Assembly (NCBI GenBank): GCA_964489185.1
Contig: CAZAXR010000039.1
Span: forward strand, 53,128 to 117,127
Source: an uncultured Steroidobacteraceae bacterium
GTDB lineage: Bacteria > Pseudomonadota > Gammaproteobacteria > Steroidobacterales > Steroidobacteraceae
DNA: 64,000 nucleotides
Reading direction: 5' to 3'
Shown: in pieces, positions 8,213-17,276 of the stretch
How the letters are laid out: each line of letters opens with the position of its first letter
How positions within the stretch are numbered: position 1 is the stretch's first letter
Translations under genes and position numbers: made by a program
The notes under the pieces: model-generated
What the model was told of the DNA's origin: nothing
Seen by the model: only the letters and a program-made list of their open reading frames with translations
Databases searched by the model: none

Positions 8213-8686
8213 TCAAGCGCCGGGCTTGGCGGCGGGCTTGTGCAGCCGTGAGGACCAGAAGCTCCTTTCGGTCCGGAAACCGCTTTGGGCCTCGCCGGGG
8301 GTCAGGGGACGCTCCTGATCGACATGCTGGTAGGCGAGCGCCTTGCGCAGCTGGCCGTCGGGGCCGATCAGATACGCCACGCTGTCGTTGGTGTGGATGT
8401 CGACGCTGAACATCACGATGTCGTTGTGATTGGCCACGCTCACGTTGAACGTCCGGGCGTGATGACCGGAGCGCGAAATGAGCTGCCGCACTTCGGTGCC
8501 CTCCTCCGGCTTCGCCAGTCCGAGGGTCTTGGAGAGCTTCGGCGGCAGCCGCGACAGAAACCCCGAATCGAGCGTCTGGGCGGCGAGCGCCTCGGCCCAG
8601 GGGGTATCGGCGTACGTGCCGGGCGGCGCCAGAGCGCCAAGCGCCAGCGGGGCAAGCCACGTCAACAACATGCGCCGTTTCATCAT
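8213..8686 (-). CDS. Small secreted hypothetical protein (157 aa)
   Basis: The ATGATG start at 8686 is preceded by GGGAGGTA and overlaps the nuclease stop (TAATG). Signal peptide MMKRRMLLTWLAPLALGALAPPGTYA|DT. I recognise no family. Confidence 0.55.
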   Translation of the reverse strand: MMKRRMLLTWLAPLALGALAPPGTYADTPWAEALAAQTLDSGFLSRLPPKLSKTLGLAKPEEGTEVRQLISRSGHHARTFNVSVANHNDIVMFSVDIHTNDSVAYLIGPDGQLRKALAYQHVDQERPLTPGEAQSGFRTERSFWSSRLHKPAAKPGA

Positions 8687-9573
8687 TACCTCCCGCGCAG
8701 CGCCGCAGCCGGCGCCAGTGACTGATCGAGAAGGGCCGCCAGGCGGGCCCCGGCGAGCAGCAGCCGCTCGTGCACGATCGGCACCGCCTCCTGCTGGTAG
8801 TGCGCCTCCAGGATCACGATGCCCTCGGGCACAGTGTTGCACGCAAAGCCTGTGTAGTTGTACGCGACGTTGCGCGCGAGATTGTTGGATTCCGCTGCCC
8901 AGCTGTCGGGTGATCCCTGCCCCGCATTGCGCGCCAGCTCGGCCGCCTCGTGCGCCAGCTGCGCGATGTCGCGGGGTGGCTGCTGATGGCCCTGGGTGTG
9001 CAGCGCGAGCCTGACCAGCTCCCCGTCCCAGGCGCGGTGCAGATTTTCCCGACCGCGGGTCCTCACCCCCGCCAGCGCGACCTGTACCCGATTGCCTCCA
9101 CGGTCGGAGTTGTCGGCGGCGTGCAGCGGCTGGTGCAGGTCCCCGATCAAGTGCACCACCCACTTGAGTGCCTCGTTGCGGGAGCGCGGCGGCGCGTGCG
9201 GGTTGGCAAGCACCGCGATCAGGCGCTTCAGCTGTTCGCTGTTGCACTGCCCGTCCGGGCAATAGCGCGACTTGGGGGCGCTACCACAGATCGGCGCATC
9301 GTCGTAATGCCAGCTGGGCTCGGCCGCCGGCGTAGCGTGCAGCTCGTCTGCCCAGTCGGACACCTCTTCCAAGCTCGTGCGCCCGGACAGGTTACCGAAC
9401 TTGTCGAGGTCTCCCTGCAGCAGCTGCGCAACCGCGGCGCGCGTGGCGGGCCTTATCAGCGCATCGGCGATCGCCCCGATGGTGCGATGACCCTGCGGTC
9501 CCCACGCCCAGGCGCCCGGCGCGCACGCCGAGACGATCACCAGGAACAGGGCCCGAAGGTTACGCTTGGGCAT
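8686..9573 (-). CDS. S1/P1 family nuclease (secreted)
   Basis: MPKRNLRALFLVIVSACAPGAWAWGPQGHRTIG... The mature N-terminal WG..GH, WHYDD and HLIGDLHQPLHA are S1/P1 zinc-ligand motifs. Confidence 0.85.
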   Translation of the reverse strand: MPKRNLRALFLVIVSACAPGAWAWGPQGHRTIGAIADALIRPATRAAVAQLLQGDLDKFGNLSGRTSLEEVSDWADELHATPAAEPSWHYDDAPICGSAPKSRYCPDGQCNSEQLKRLIAVLANPHAPPRSRNEALKWVVHLIGDLHQPLHAADNSDRGGNRVQVALAGVRTRGRENLHRAWDGELVRLALHTQGHQQPPRDIAQLAHEAAELARNAGQGSPDSWAAESNNLARNVAYNYTGFACNTVPEGIVILEAHYQQEAVPIVHERLLLAGARLAALLDQSLAPAAALRGR

Positions 9574-9685
9574 AAGTGCGGCCGAGTATTCGGCCAGCGC
9601 AGTGACAGATTCAACATCTGGCGGTTGCTGTAGACTCGCCGCCCTCCCCGCCCCCACCCGGGGCTGCCACTTTGAGGAGCAGGAG

Positions 9686-11755
9686 ATGATCCGCACTCCC
9701 CGCACCCGCATGCGCACATTCTTGTTGACGGGCGCCAGCGCGGCGCTCGTGACGGCAGCGCTCGCAGCCACAACGCCGGCCACCGAACACGGTCTGGACG
9801 TGGCGGGCATCGATCGCAGCGTCGGCCCCGGGGACGACTTCTTTGCCTTTGCCAACGGAGCGTGGCTCAAGTCGACCGCGATTCCGCCCGATCGCAGCGT
9901 CTGGGGCACCAGCGGACAACTCACCGAGCTCACCGACGCACGGACTGCCGAGCTGATCAAGAGCGCCGCGGCCTCGGGGGCGCCCGGAACCGAAGCGCGC
10001 AAGATCGGCGACTACTACAAGGCATTCATGGACGAGACCGGGATCGAGCGCAAGGGACTGAGCCCGCTCGCTGCGGCGCTGCAGCGCCTCGACGGCATCC
10101 GCGATCGCGCCGCACTCGCCCGCGCGCTCGGGGAAACGCTGCGCGCCGACGTCGACGTGCTCAACGCCACCAACTTCTACACCGAGAACCTGTTTGGCCT
10201 GTGGGTCGCTCAGGACCTGGACGATCCCGCGCGCTACTTGCCGTTCCTGCTGCAGGGCGGGCTCGGCATGCCCGACCGCGATTACTACGTAAACCCATCG
10301 CAGAAGATGGCCGACATCCGCGCCAAGTACCAGGCGCACATCGCCGCGGTGCTCGAGCTCGCCCACCTGCCGGATCCCGCCGCGAGCGCGGCGCGCATCT
10401 TTGCCCTGGAACACAAGATCGCGGCCGTGCACTCGACGCGCGCCGAGTCTGTGGACGTGCTCAAGGGCAACAACCACTGGACCCGCAAGGACTTCGCCGC
10501 GCGCGCACCGGGACTCGACTGGAGCGCGTATTTCGCCGCCGCGGGCCTCGGCGCTCAGCAGCGGTTCGTGGTGTGGCAGCCGGGGGCCGTCACCGGGATC
10601 GCCGGGCTTGCGGCTAGTGAGCCGCTCGAGACCTGGAAGGAGTACCTGCGCTTTCACCTGATCGAGCGCAACTGCCCCTACCTGCCCAAGGCCTTCGTCG
10701 AAGAGCATTTTGCCTTCCATAGCCGTGTGCTGTCGGGCACGCCGCAGATGCGACCGCGCTGGAAGCGTGCCGTGTCGGACACCAATGCCGCGCTCGGGGA
10801 GGCGGTCGGCAAGCTGTACGTAGCACGCTACTTCCCGCCCGCGGAGAAAGCGCGCGCGGAGCAGATGGTGCACAACCTCATCGGGGTCTTCGCCACGCGC
10901 ATCGACCGGCTCACCTGGATGGCGCCCGCCACGCGCGCGAAGGCCAAAGCCAAACTCGCGGCGCTCAAGGTGGGCGTCGGCTATCCGGACAAGTGGCGCG
11001 ACTATTCCGGACTCAAGGTGCTGCCCGATGATGCCTTTGGCAACGCCGAGCGTGCGGAGCTGTTCGAGTATCACCGCAACCTCGCCAAGCTCTCCCAGCC
11101 GGTCGACCGTGGCGAGTGGGTCATGAATCCGCAGCTGGTGAACGCGGTCAACCTGCCAGCGATGAACGCGCTCAACTTCCCGGCGGCCATTCTGCAGCCG
11201 CCCTACTTCGATCCGCAGCGCGATCCGGTGATGGACTACGCCGCCACCGGCGCGGTCATCGGGCACGAGATCAGCCACAGCTTCGACGATCAGGGGGCGC
11301 TGTTCGATGCTGACGGGCGGCTCAAGAACTGGTGGACCAAGGAAGACTTCGCGCACTTCCAGGCCGCCGGCGAGCGCCTGGTGGAGCAGTTCGAGCACTA
11401 TCGCCCGTTCCCGGACATCCATGTGAACGGCAAGCTGACGCTCAGCGAGAACATCGCCGACGTCGCCGGCCTGTCGGTCGCCTACGACGCCTGGCGGCTG
11501 ACGCTCGCCGGTAAGCCTGGCCCGACACAGGCGGGCTTCAATGGCGATCAGCTCTTCTTCCTGGCTTTTGCGCAGAGCTGGCGCGAGAAGTTCCGCGAGG
11601 AGGAGCTGCGGCGGCGCATCGTCATCGACAGCCACGCCCCGCCCGAATACCGCGCCGACACGGTCCGCAACCTCGACGCCTGGTACGGCGCCTTCCAGGT
11701 GCACCCCGGGCAGAAGCTGTACCTGGCACCCGCCGAGCGGGTGCGCGTGTGGTGA
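9686..11755 (+). CDS. pepO: M13 family metallopeptidase (PepO / endothelin-converting-enzyme-like)
   Basis: ATG 9686 follows GAGGAGCAGGAG, with a signal peptide. Motifs are GDDFFAFANGAWL, NAVNLPAMNALNFPAAILQPPYF, the zincin motif VIGHEISHSFDDQG, and ENIADVAGL. Confidence 0.9.
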   Translation: MIRTPRTRMRTFLLTGASAALVTAALAATTPATEHGLDVAGIDRSVGPGDDFFAFANGAWLKSTAIPPDRSVWGTSGQLTELTDARTAELIKSAAASGAPGTEARKIGDYYKAFMDETGIERKGLSPLAAALQRLDGIRDRAALARALGETLRADVDVLNATNFYTENLFGLWVAQDLDDPARYLPFLLQGGLGMPDRDYYVNPSQKMADIRAKYQAHIAAVLELAHLPDPAASAARIFALEHKIAAVHSTRAESVDVLKGNNHWTRKDFAARAPGLDWSAYFAAAGLGAQQRFVVWQPGAVTGIAGLAASEPLETWKEYLRFHLIERNCPYLPKAFVEEHFAFHSRVLSGTPQMRPRWKRAVSDTNAALGEAVGKLYVARYFPPAEKARAEQMVHNLIGVFATRIDRLTWMAPATRAKAKAKLAALKVGVGYPDKWRDYSGLKVLPDDAFGNAERAELFEYHRNLAKLSQPVDRGEWVMNPQLVNAVNLPAMNALNFPAAILQPPYFDPQRDPVMDYAATGAVIGHEISHSFDDQGALFDADGRLKNWWTKEDFAHFQAAGERLVEQFEHYRPFPDIHVNGKLTLSENIADVAGLSVAYDAWRLTLAGKPGPTQAGFNGDQLFFLAFAQSWREKFREEELRRRIVIDSHAPPEYRADTVRNLDAWYGAFQVHPGQKLYLAPAERVRVW

Positions 11756-11771
11756 GTACCGCGGGCGGGAC

Positions 11772-12530
11772 TCAGGCCCTGAGCTGACCGAAGTACACGA
11801 GCGTCTGGTAGGGAAACTCGATGCGGCCGTCGCGCGCGTGCCGGGCAAACACCTCGCGCAGGCCCGCGAGCATCGGCGCGTGCTGCGGATGCCCCGGCTC
11901 GGGCGCATAGGAGGACGACATCAGGCGCCCTTCGAGCCCTGCAAAGTCAAGGATCTGCTGATTGGGGAAGGTCGCGAGCTGCATCGTTCCGCCGAAGTAC
12001 CCGCGCATGCTCGTCTCGTCCGCACGGCTCGCCTTGATGGCGGCGTACTCGGCCGCGCAGCGCATCAGCAGCGCCTCGTAGTCGGCAAGGAACGCTGTCG
12101 CCTGCGGCGGGCGCTCGTTCCAGAGCAGCGCACCCCAGCCACCCGGTCGCAGCACGCGCAGTGCCTCACGCCGCGCGCGCGGTACGTCGAACCAGTGAAA
12201 GGCCTGGCCCGCGACGATCAGATCGATGCTCGCGGCCTCCAGCCCGGTCGCCTCGGCGCTGCCCTTGACACTTGCGAACCCTGGCGTGCGCGCGAGGCGC
12301 GCCTCACAGGCCGCGCGCATCGCGTCGTTGGGCTCTATGGCCAGGGACCGTGCACCGCGCTCCAGCAGCAGCTCGGTGAGGATGCCGGTGCCCGCGCCGA
12401 CATCTGCGACTACCGCCCCCGGGGCCAGACCGCAACGCGCCTCCAGCAGATCGATGGCGGCGCGCGGATACCCGGGGCGACAGCGGGCATAGTTGTCGAC
12501 GCGGGTGGAAAAGCGCTCGGACGGACGCAT
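11772..12530 (-). CDS. Class I SAM-dependent methyltransferase
   Basis: The start MRPSERFSTRVDNYARCRPGYP is at 12530. Motif I is VADVGAGTGILTELLLERGARSLAIEPNDAM. Confidence 0.8.
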   Translation of the reverse strand: MRPSERFSTRVDNYARCRPGYPRAAIDLLEARCGLAPGAVVADVGAGTGILTELLLERGARSLAIEPNDAMRAACEARLARTPGFASVKGSAEATGLEAASIDLIVAGQAFHWFDVPRARREALRVLRPGGWGALLWNERPPQATAFLADYEALLMRCAAEYAAIKASRADETSMRGYFGGTMQLATFPNQQILDFAGLEGRLMSSSYAPEPGHPQHAPMLAGLREVFARHARDGRIEFPYQTLVYFGQLRA

Positions 12531-12674
12531 CAGCTGCCCCGGTCCGCGCGGCCGTGCGGCTGTACTGGCCGCGCGCCGACACAGTGCCGTCCGGCCTGCA
12601 TACGCGCGTCTCTCCATAAAGGCATACGGACACGGTAGCGTATCCCTGTGACAATCGCACCGCTGGAGTCTTCC

Positions 12675-13829
12675 ATGTCAGATCCCTTCACGCGCATCGA
12701 GACGAAGCTGGTGCACGCCGGCGAGCCGTCGCCGCGTATCGCCGGCGCGGTGGAAATGCCGATCTTCCAGTCGGCGACCTACGAGTACGCCGGCGAAGGC
12801 AGCTACGATGACGTGCGCTACCTGCGCCTCAACAACACGCCCAGCCAGCTGGCGCTGCACGCCAAGCTGGCGGCGCTCGAGGGCGCCGAAGCCGCGTTGG
12901 TCACCGCCAGCGGCATGGCGGCGATCTCCACCACGCTGCTCACCGTGCTCACGCCAGGTGACCACCTGCTCGCCCAGCGCTGCCTGTACGGGGGCACACA
13001 CGACCTGCTGACCCGGGAGTTCCCGCGGCTCGGCATCGCGGTCGACTTCATCGACGCCGGCCGGCCCGACACCTGGGCCGCGCAGCTCAAACCCAGTACG
13101 CGCGCCATCTACGTGGAAGCGATGACCAACCCGCTGCTGGAGGTCGCGGACCTGCCGGCGGTGGTGCGCTTCGCCCGCGCGCATCGCCTCACCTCGATGA
13201 TCGACAATACCTTCGCCAGTCCGGTCAATTATTGCCCGATCGAGGCTGGCTTCGATCTCTCGCTGCACAGCGCCACCAAATACCTGAACGGACACTCGGA
13301 TATCGTCGCCGGCGCGGTCGCCGGCACGGCCGAGACCATCGAGCGCATCCGGCACAAGGCCAACCATCTCGGCGGCGCGCTCGATGCGCACGCCGCGTTC
13401 CTGCTGAAGCGGGGCCTGAAGACCCTGGCGTTGCGCGTGCGCTATCAGAACGAGAGCACCCTGCGGATTGCGCAGTTTCTCGCCGCTCAGCCGGCCGTGG
13501 TGCGCGTGAACTACCCCGGCCTGGAGACCCACCCGCAGCACGCGCGCGCCCGGAGCCTGTTCGCCGGCTGCGGCGGGGTGCTGAGCTTCGAGCTCGACGG
13601 TGGGGTGCAGCGCGCCGAAGCCTTCGCGGCGCGGCTGCGCATCCCCATCGTGGCGCCAAGCCTCGGCGGGGTGCACAGCCTGCTCACCCGTCCGGCCACG
13701 ACATCGCACGCCGGACTGTCCGCGCAGGAGCGCCACAGCCTCGGCATCAGCGATGAGTTGCTGCGCTTGTCGGTCGGCATCGAATCCACCGCGGACCTGC
13801 TGGAGGACTTCCGGCAGGCGCTGCGCTGA
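12675..13829 (+). CDS. Cys/Met-metabolism PLP-dependent enzyme (cystathionine gamma-synthase/beta-lyase/methionine gamma-lyase family)
   Basis: ATG 12675 follows GGAG. The PLP-lysine motif is SATKYLNGHSDIVAG, and the C-terminal motif is LRLSVGIES..DL..D. Confidence 0.85.
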   Translation: MSDPFTRIETKLVHAGEPSPRIAGAVEMPIFQSATYEYAGEGSYDDVRYLRLNNTPSQLALHAKLAALEGAEAALVTASGMAAISTTLLTVLTPGDHLLAQRCLYGGTHDLLTREFPRLGIAVDFIDAGRPDTWAAQLKPSTRAIYVEAMTNPLLEVADLPAVVRFARAHRLTSMIDNTFASPVNYCPIEAGFDLSLHSATKYLNGHSDIVAGAVAGTAETIERIRHKANHLGGALDAHAAFLLKRGLKTLALRVRYQNESTLRIAQFLAAQPAVVRVNYPGLETHPQHARARSLFAGCGGVLSFELDGGVQRAEAFAARLRIPIVAPSLGGVHSLLTRPATTSHAGLSAQERHSLGISDELLRLSVGIESTADLLEDFRQALR

Positions 13830-13888
13830 ATATGCGCAGCAAGGAACGGGTGGCCGAGTGCCGCTCTCAACTGAGATCCTGAGGTCGC

Positions 13889-14827
13889 ATGTCCACCACT
13901 GATTGCTCAAGCACTGCGGCCGTCGCCGCCGCCCCGCCACCTCCCCGTGCCGTTGGCGCGCCCGCGGAATCCGGCTGGCGCACGCCCGTGGAGCTCACGC
14001 TGCTCGGGGCCATCTGGGGCGGCTCATTCCTGTTCATGCGCGTGGCGGCCCCGGACTTTGGCGCCTTCCCGCTGGTCGAAGCACGGCTCGCGCTCGGCGC
14101 GCTGGTGTTGCTGCCATTTCTTTGGCGCGCACGGGCGCAGTTCACCCCGCAGCTGTGGCTGCGCATCGCCGGCATCGCCGCGGTGAACTCGGTGACTCCG
14201 TTCGCGCTGTTCGCGTGGGGAGCCGAGCGTGCGCCGGCCGGCATCGGCGCCATCACCAACGCCATGACCGTCATGTTCACCGCGCTGGTGGCCTATCTCT
14301 TCTTCGGCGAGCGCATCGGGGCGCGGCGCATCATCGGCCTGGTGGCCGGATTCGTGGGCGTCATCATCCTCGCCAGCGGCCGGACCGCCGGACAGAGCGT
14401 GTGGCAGGCGGCACTCGCGGGCACCACCGCCTCGCTCATGTACGGCTTCGGCATCAATCTCGTGCGGCGTCACCTCTCGGGCTACCCCGCCGCGGCGGTG
14501 GCGGCGGCCAACCTCGCCACCGGCGCGCTGCTGCTGGCGCCACTGGCGCTGTACAACTGGCCCCACCACTCGATCGGTGCCGGGTCCTGGCTGAGCGCGA
14601 TCCTACTAGGCGTGCTGTGCACCGGCATCGCCTTCGTCTTCTACTACCGGCTGATCGCACGCATCGGCGCGCCGCGCACCTCCACCGTGACGTACCTGAT
14701 ACCGCTGTTCGGGGTGATCTGGGCGTGGCTGCTGCTCGCGGAGCCGCTCACCCTCAGCATGGCGGCAGCGGGAGCGCTGATCCTGGGCGGGGTGGGATTG
14801 AGCCAGAAGCGCGAAGCGAAGAGCTGA
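13889..14827 (+). CDS. EamA/DMT family transporter
   Basis: The protein has about 10 hydrophobic segments and duplicated EamA-like halves (LLGAIWGGSFLFMRVA... and ...YYRLIARIGAPRTSTVTYLIPLFGVIWAWLLLAEPL). Confidence 0.8.
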   Translation: MSTTDCSSTAAVAAAPPPPRAVGAPAESGWRTPVELTLLGAIWGGSFLFMRVAAPDFGAFPLVEARLALGALVLLPFLWRARAQFTPQLWLRIAGIAAVNSVTPFALFAWGAERAPAGIGAITNAMTVMFTALVAYLFFGERIGARRIIGLVAGFVGVIILASGRTAGQSVWQAALAGTTASLMYGFGINLVRRHLSGYPAAAVAAANLATGALLLAPLALYNWPHHSIGAGSWLSAILLGVLCTGIAFVFYYRLIARIGAPRTSTVTYLIPLFGVIWAWLLLAEPLTLSMAAAGALILGGVGLSQKREAKS

Positions 14828-14841
14828 GGTACCGTTAAGGG

Positions 14842-15564
14842 ATGCACGACCCGCAACGCCGACTGGCCTTTCCCGGTCTCCTTAACGCGCGCGACCTCGG
14901 CGGTTATCCGACGGTCGATGGGGCGCTCACCCGCTGGCGCTCGCTGCTGCGCGCGGACGACCTCGCGCAGCTCACGGACGCGGGCCTGCAGGCGCTGCGC
15001 AACTACGGCGTCGAGACCGTCCTCGACCTGCGCTGGCCCGAGGAGGCGGCCCGCTTCCCGGGTCCGGCATGGGCCTCGGTCCCGGGCGTGCGCTACCAGC
15101 GCATCTCGCTTCTGACCGGCACCGAGGACGAATGGCGGCTGCGCAGCCGGGATGCTGCCAAGGAGCTGTGGAAGTGCGCGGTGCTCGAGCACGTGCGCCA
15201 GGAGCTGCGGCAGGCGCTGGCTTTCATCGCCGCCGCCGGACCCGGGCCACTCCTCTTTCATTGCGTCGCCGGCAAGGACCGCACCGGACTGATCGCCGCA
15301 TTGCTGCTGGCGCTGGCGGACGTGGAACCACAGGCGATCGCAGCCGACTACGCGGTCAGCTCCGATAACCTGCGCGAGGGGTACCTGCAGCGTTACGCGG
15401 ACGTGCACCCGGAACGCATCCTCGAGGCGCTGCGTTGCCCCGAGGAAGGAGCACACAACATGTTGCGTTTCCTGACGCGCGCCGGCGGAGCGGGTGCCTA
15501 CCTGGCGCAGATCGGCCTGAGTCGCGCGGAGATCGCCCAGCTGCGCGCGCGCCTGCGCGGCTGA
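14842..15564 (+). CDS. Tyrosine-protein phosphatase (PF13350-like)
   Basis: NARDLGGYPT...LLRADDL is followed by the CX5R active-site loop LLFHCVAGKDRTGLIAALLL. Confidence 0.8.
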   Translation: MHDPQRRLAFPGLLNARDLGGYPTVDGALTRWRSLLRADDLAQLTDAGLQALRNYGVETVLDLRWPEEAARFPGPAWASVPGVRYQRISLLTGTEDEWRLRSRDAAKELWKCAVLEHVRQELRQALAFIAAAGPGPLLFHCVAGKDRTGLIAALLLALADVEPQAIAADYAVSSDNLREGYLQRYADVHPERILEALRCPEEGAHNMLRFLTRAGGAGAYLAQIGLSRAEIAQLRARLRG

Positions 15565-15580
15565 GCACTATCCCTTTGGT

Positions 15581-15598
15581 GAGACGCGGCCGCGTCTC
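15581..15598 (+). terminator. GC-rich perfect palindrome GAGACGCGGCCGCGTCTC 17 nt after the phosphatase stop; possible terminator hairpin
   Basis: Read directly. The stem is 7 bp with a GGCC loop. There is no clear U-tract, so its strength as an intrinsic terminator is uncertain. Confidence 0.3.
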
Positions 15599-15792
15599 CG
15601 TTGGGCGAGCCGCGGCTCAAGCGCCGTGGCGATTCACCGCCGGTTCAGGGCCGGCGCACAATACTCTTCATCGCACCGGTTTGAACGCGCTCCCGAGCGG
15701 CCCACAATTTTCAGCGCGGGCACCATTTTGCAGCATGCTCGGATTTGAGTTCGTATCACTCCGGTGCGCTCCCTTTCCCTTATCATCGGTAC

Positions 15793-16164
15793 ATGGAAGT
15801 CACCGGCGGCTGCCTGTGCGGGGCGGTGCGTTACTCGATCAGCGCCGCCCCCATCATCACCCGCACCTGCTGGTGCCGTGTCTCCCGAGCGCGGCGCTCA
15901 AAGTCAGCGGCGAAACTCGCGACTACACTCTGCTCGCCGACAGTGGCAATGTGGCGCACCGGCGCTTCTGCCCGGTGTGCGGAACGCATCTGTTCAGCGC
16001 TTCCGAGGCGCGGCCGCATCTGGTGTTCGTGCGCGCCGGCACGCTTGAATGAGCGCGAGCTCGCCCGCCCTGCCCTCACCATCTGGACGAGCAGCGCACC
16101 CAGCTGGGCGTATTTTGACGAGCGCATTCCGCAGGTCGAGCGGCAACCGCCACCCGCGGCCTAG
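15793..16164 (+). pseudogene. GFA-family (glutathione-dependent formaldehyde-activating enzyme-like) gene, frame-disrupted
   Basis: The family signature is split over two frames. MEVTGGCLCGAVRYSISAAPIITRTCWCR is in frame 1. ALKVSGETRDYTLLADSGNVAHRRFCPVCGTHLFSASEARPHLVFVRAGTLE* is in frame 3. ERELARPALTIWTSSAPSWAYFDERIPQVERQP is back in frame 1. Removing one A at GAATGAG (about 16046) restores GTLDERELAR. Confidence 0.65.
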
Positions 16165-16886
16165 GGAGACGGCAAACCCAGAGCGTGCCGCAGCTCGGCC
16201 GCGGTCAGCAGGCGCGTGTACACCGGGGTTCCGACATCAAACTCCCGCGCTTTCGCCAGCGGCCCGACCACCACCGGCTCAAACCCGGCGTCTTTGACCA
16301 GGCGCTGTGCCACCGCCAGCGCTTCCGGGTCATCACCCGCGAGCGGAATGGCATACGGCGTGCCGTGACGGTGCGCCTCGTTGCGCAGGTCTCCGGAGTT
16401 GATGGCGTTGAATGCGCGCACCAGCCGCACTCCCGGCAGAAATTGCGCCGACGCCACGCCGGTGCCTTCGCGCCGCGCCTGCAGCGCCATGTCGCCGTCG
16501 CGCTGCGGGTAGGGATTGCCGGTTTCCAGCACGATCTTTCCGGCCAGCTCCGCTTTCAGGTCACGCCCGACCTGCGGCAGCGCCGCATAAGGCACGGAAA
16601 TCAGCACCACATCCCCGAAGAGCGCTGCCTCGCGTGGAGTCCCCACGCGGGCCGCCGGGCCGAGCGACTGTGCCAGAGCCCGAAGCTCATCGGGATGACG
16701 CGAGGACAGCAACACCTGATGCCCCGCCTTCACCCACAGTGCCGCAAGCGTGCCGCCGATGTGGCCGGTCCCGATGACACCGATCTTGAGCGGCCCTGGG
16801 ACGGCAGCCGGCGGTGCCGCCGCAGCGGCGAGCGTCGCGAGCGCGAGCGCAGCCCCGAGTGCATTCAGCAGATGTGTGCGGGTCAT
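16161..16886 (-). CDS. NADP oxidoreductase, F420-dependent-type Rossmann protein (NpdG/PF03807-like) with N-terminal hydrophobic leader
   Basis: MTRTHLLNALGAALALATLAAAAAPPAAVPGP is followed by LKIGVIGTGHIGGTLAALWVKAGHQVLLSSR, a dinucleotide-binding fold. Confidence 0.7.
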   Translation of the reverse strand: MTRTHLLNALGAALALATLAAAAAPPAAVPGPLKIGVIGTGHIGGTLAALWVKAGHQVLLSSRHPDELRALAQSLGPAARVGTPREAALFGDVVLISVPYAALPQVGRDLKAELAGKIVLETGNPYPQRDGDMALQARREGTGVASAQFLPGVRLVRAFNAINSGDLRNEAHRHGTPYAIPLAGDDPEALAVAQRLVKDAGFEPVVVGPLAKAREFDVGTPVYTRLLTAAELRHALGLPSP

Positions 16887-17072
16887 GTAGGCGAGAACTC
16901 CATGATCGCCGATGAGCCCGGTGAGCTTGAACAGGGCGGCGCGCCGCACGCCCAGACAGCCGGTGTCGGAATGTCAGCCGGCGCACCGCGACGCCGGCAC
17001 CTCGGAATCGGCGGCCTCGCCCGTCGCTATCGCTGTGACGATCGCGCCCGGGCCGCAAAAGCTGTGCCTCCG

Positions 17073-17276
17073 CTACTTGCGGCGCCGGGCTCCGGAGCGC
17101 TTAGCAGCTCTGAAGGAAATTCCGCTGCGCATCGCCTTCTGCTGGACCGCAGCAGCGGTGCGCCCAAGCTTCTTGGCCACCTGACTGGTCGGTGTTCCCG
17201 CCTTCGCGAGCGCCTTGAGGGTTTGCATTTCACGGGCGCTCCACGATGCGCCGTCGTTCGGTGGTCGTCTTGCCAT
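17073..17276 (-). CDS. Small basic Myb/SANT-like HTH protein (67 aa), hypothetical
   Basis: ATG 17276 lies 7 nt after GGAG. The sequence MARRPPNDGASWSAREMQTLKALAKAGTPTSQVAKKLGRTAAAVQQKAMRSG has a W-x-x-x-E...L helix-turn-helix pattern and a basic tail. Confidence 0.4.
   Translation of the reverse strand: MARRPPNDGASWSAREMQTLKALAKAGTPTSQVAKKLGRTAAAVQQKAMRSGISFRAAKRSGARRRK

Noticed and set aside
12531-12674. Possible riboswitch or T-box-like leader before the Cys/Met PLP enzyme gene
   Set aside because: The 144-bp divergent spacer shows no recognisable conserved riboswitch core. It most likely holds just two divergent promoters.
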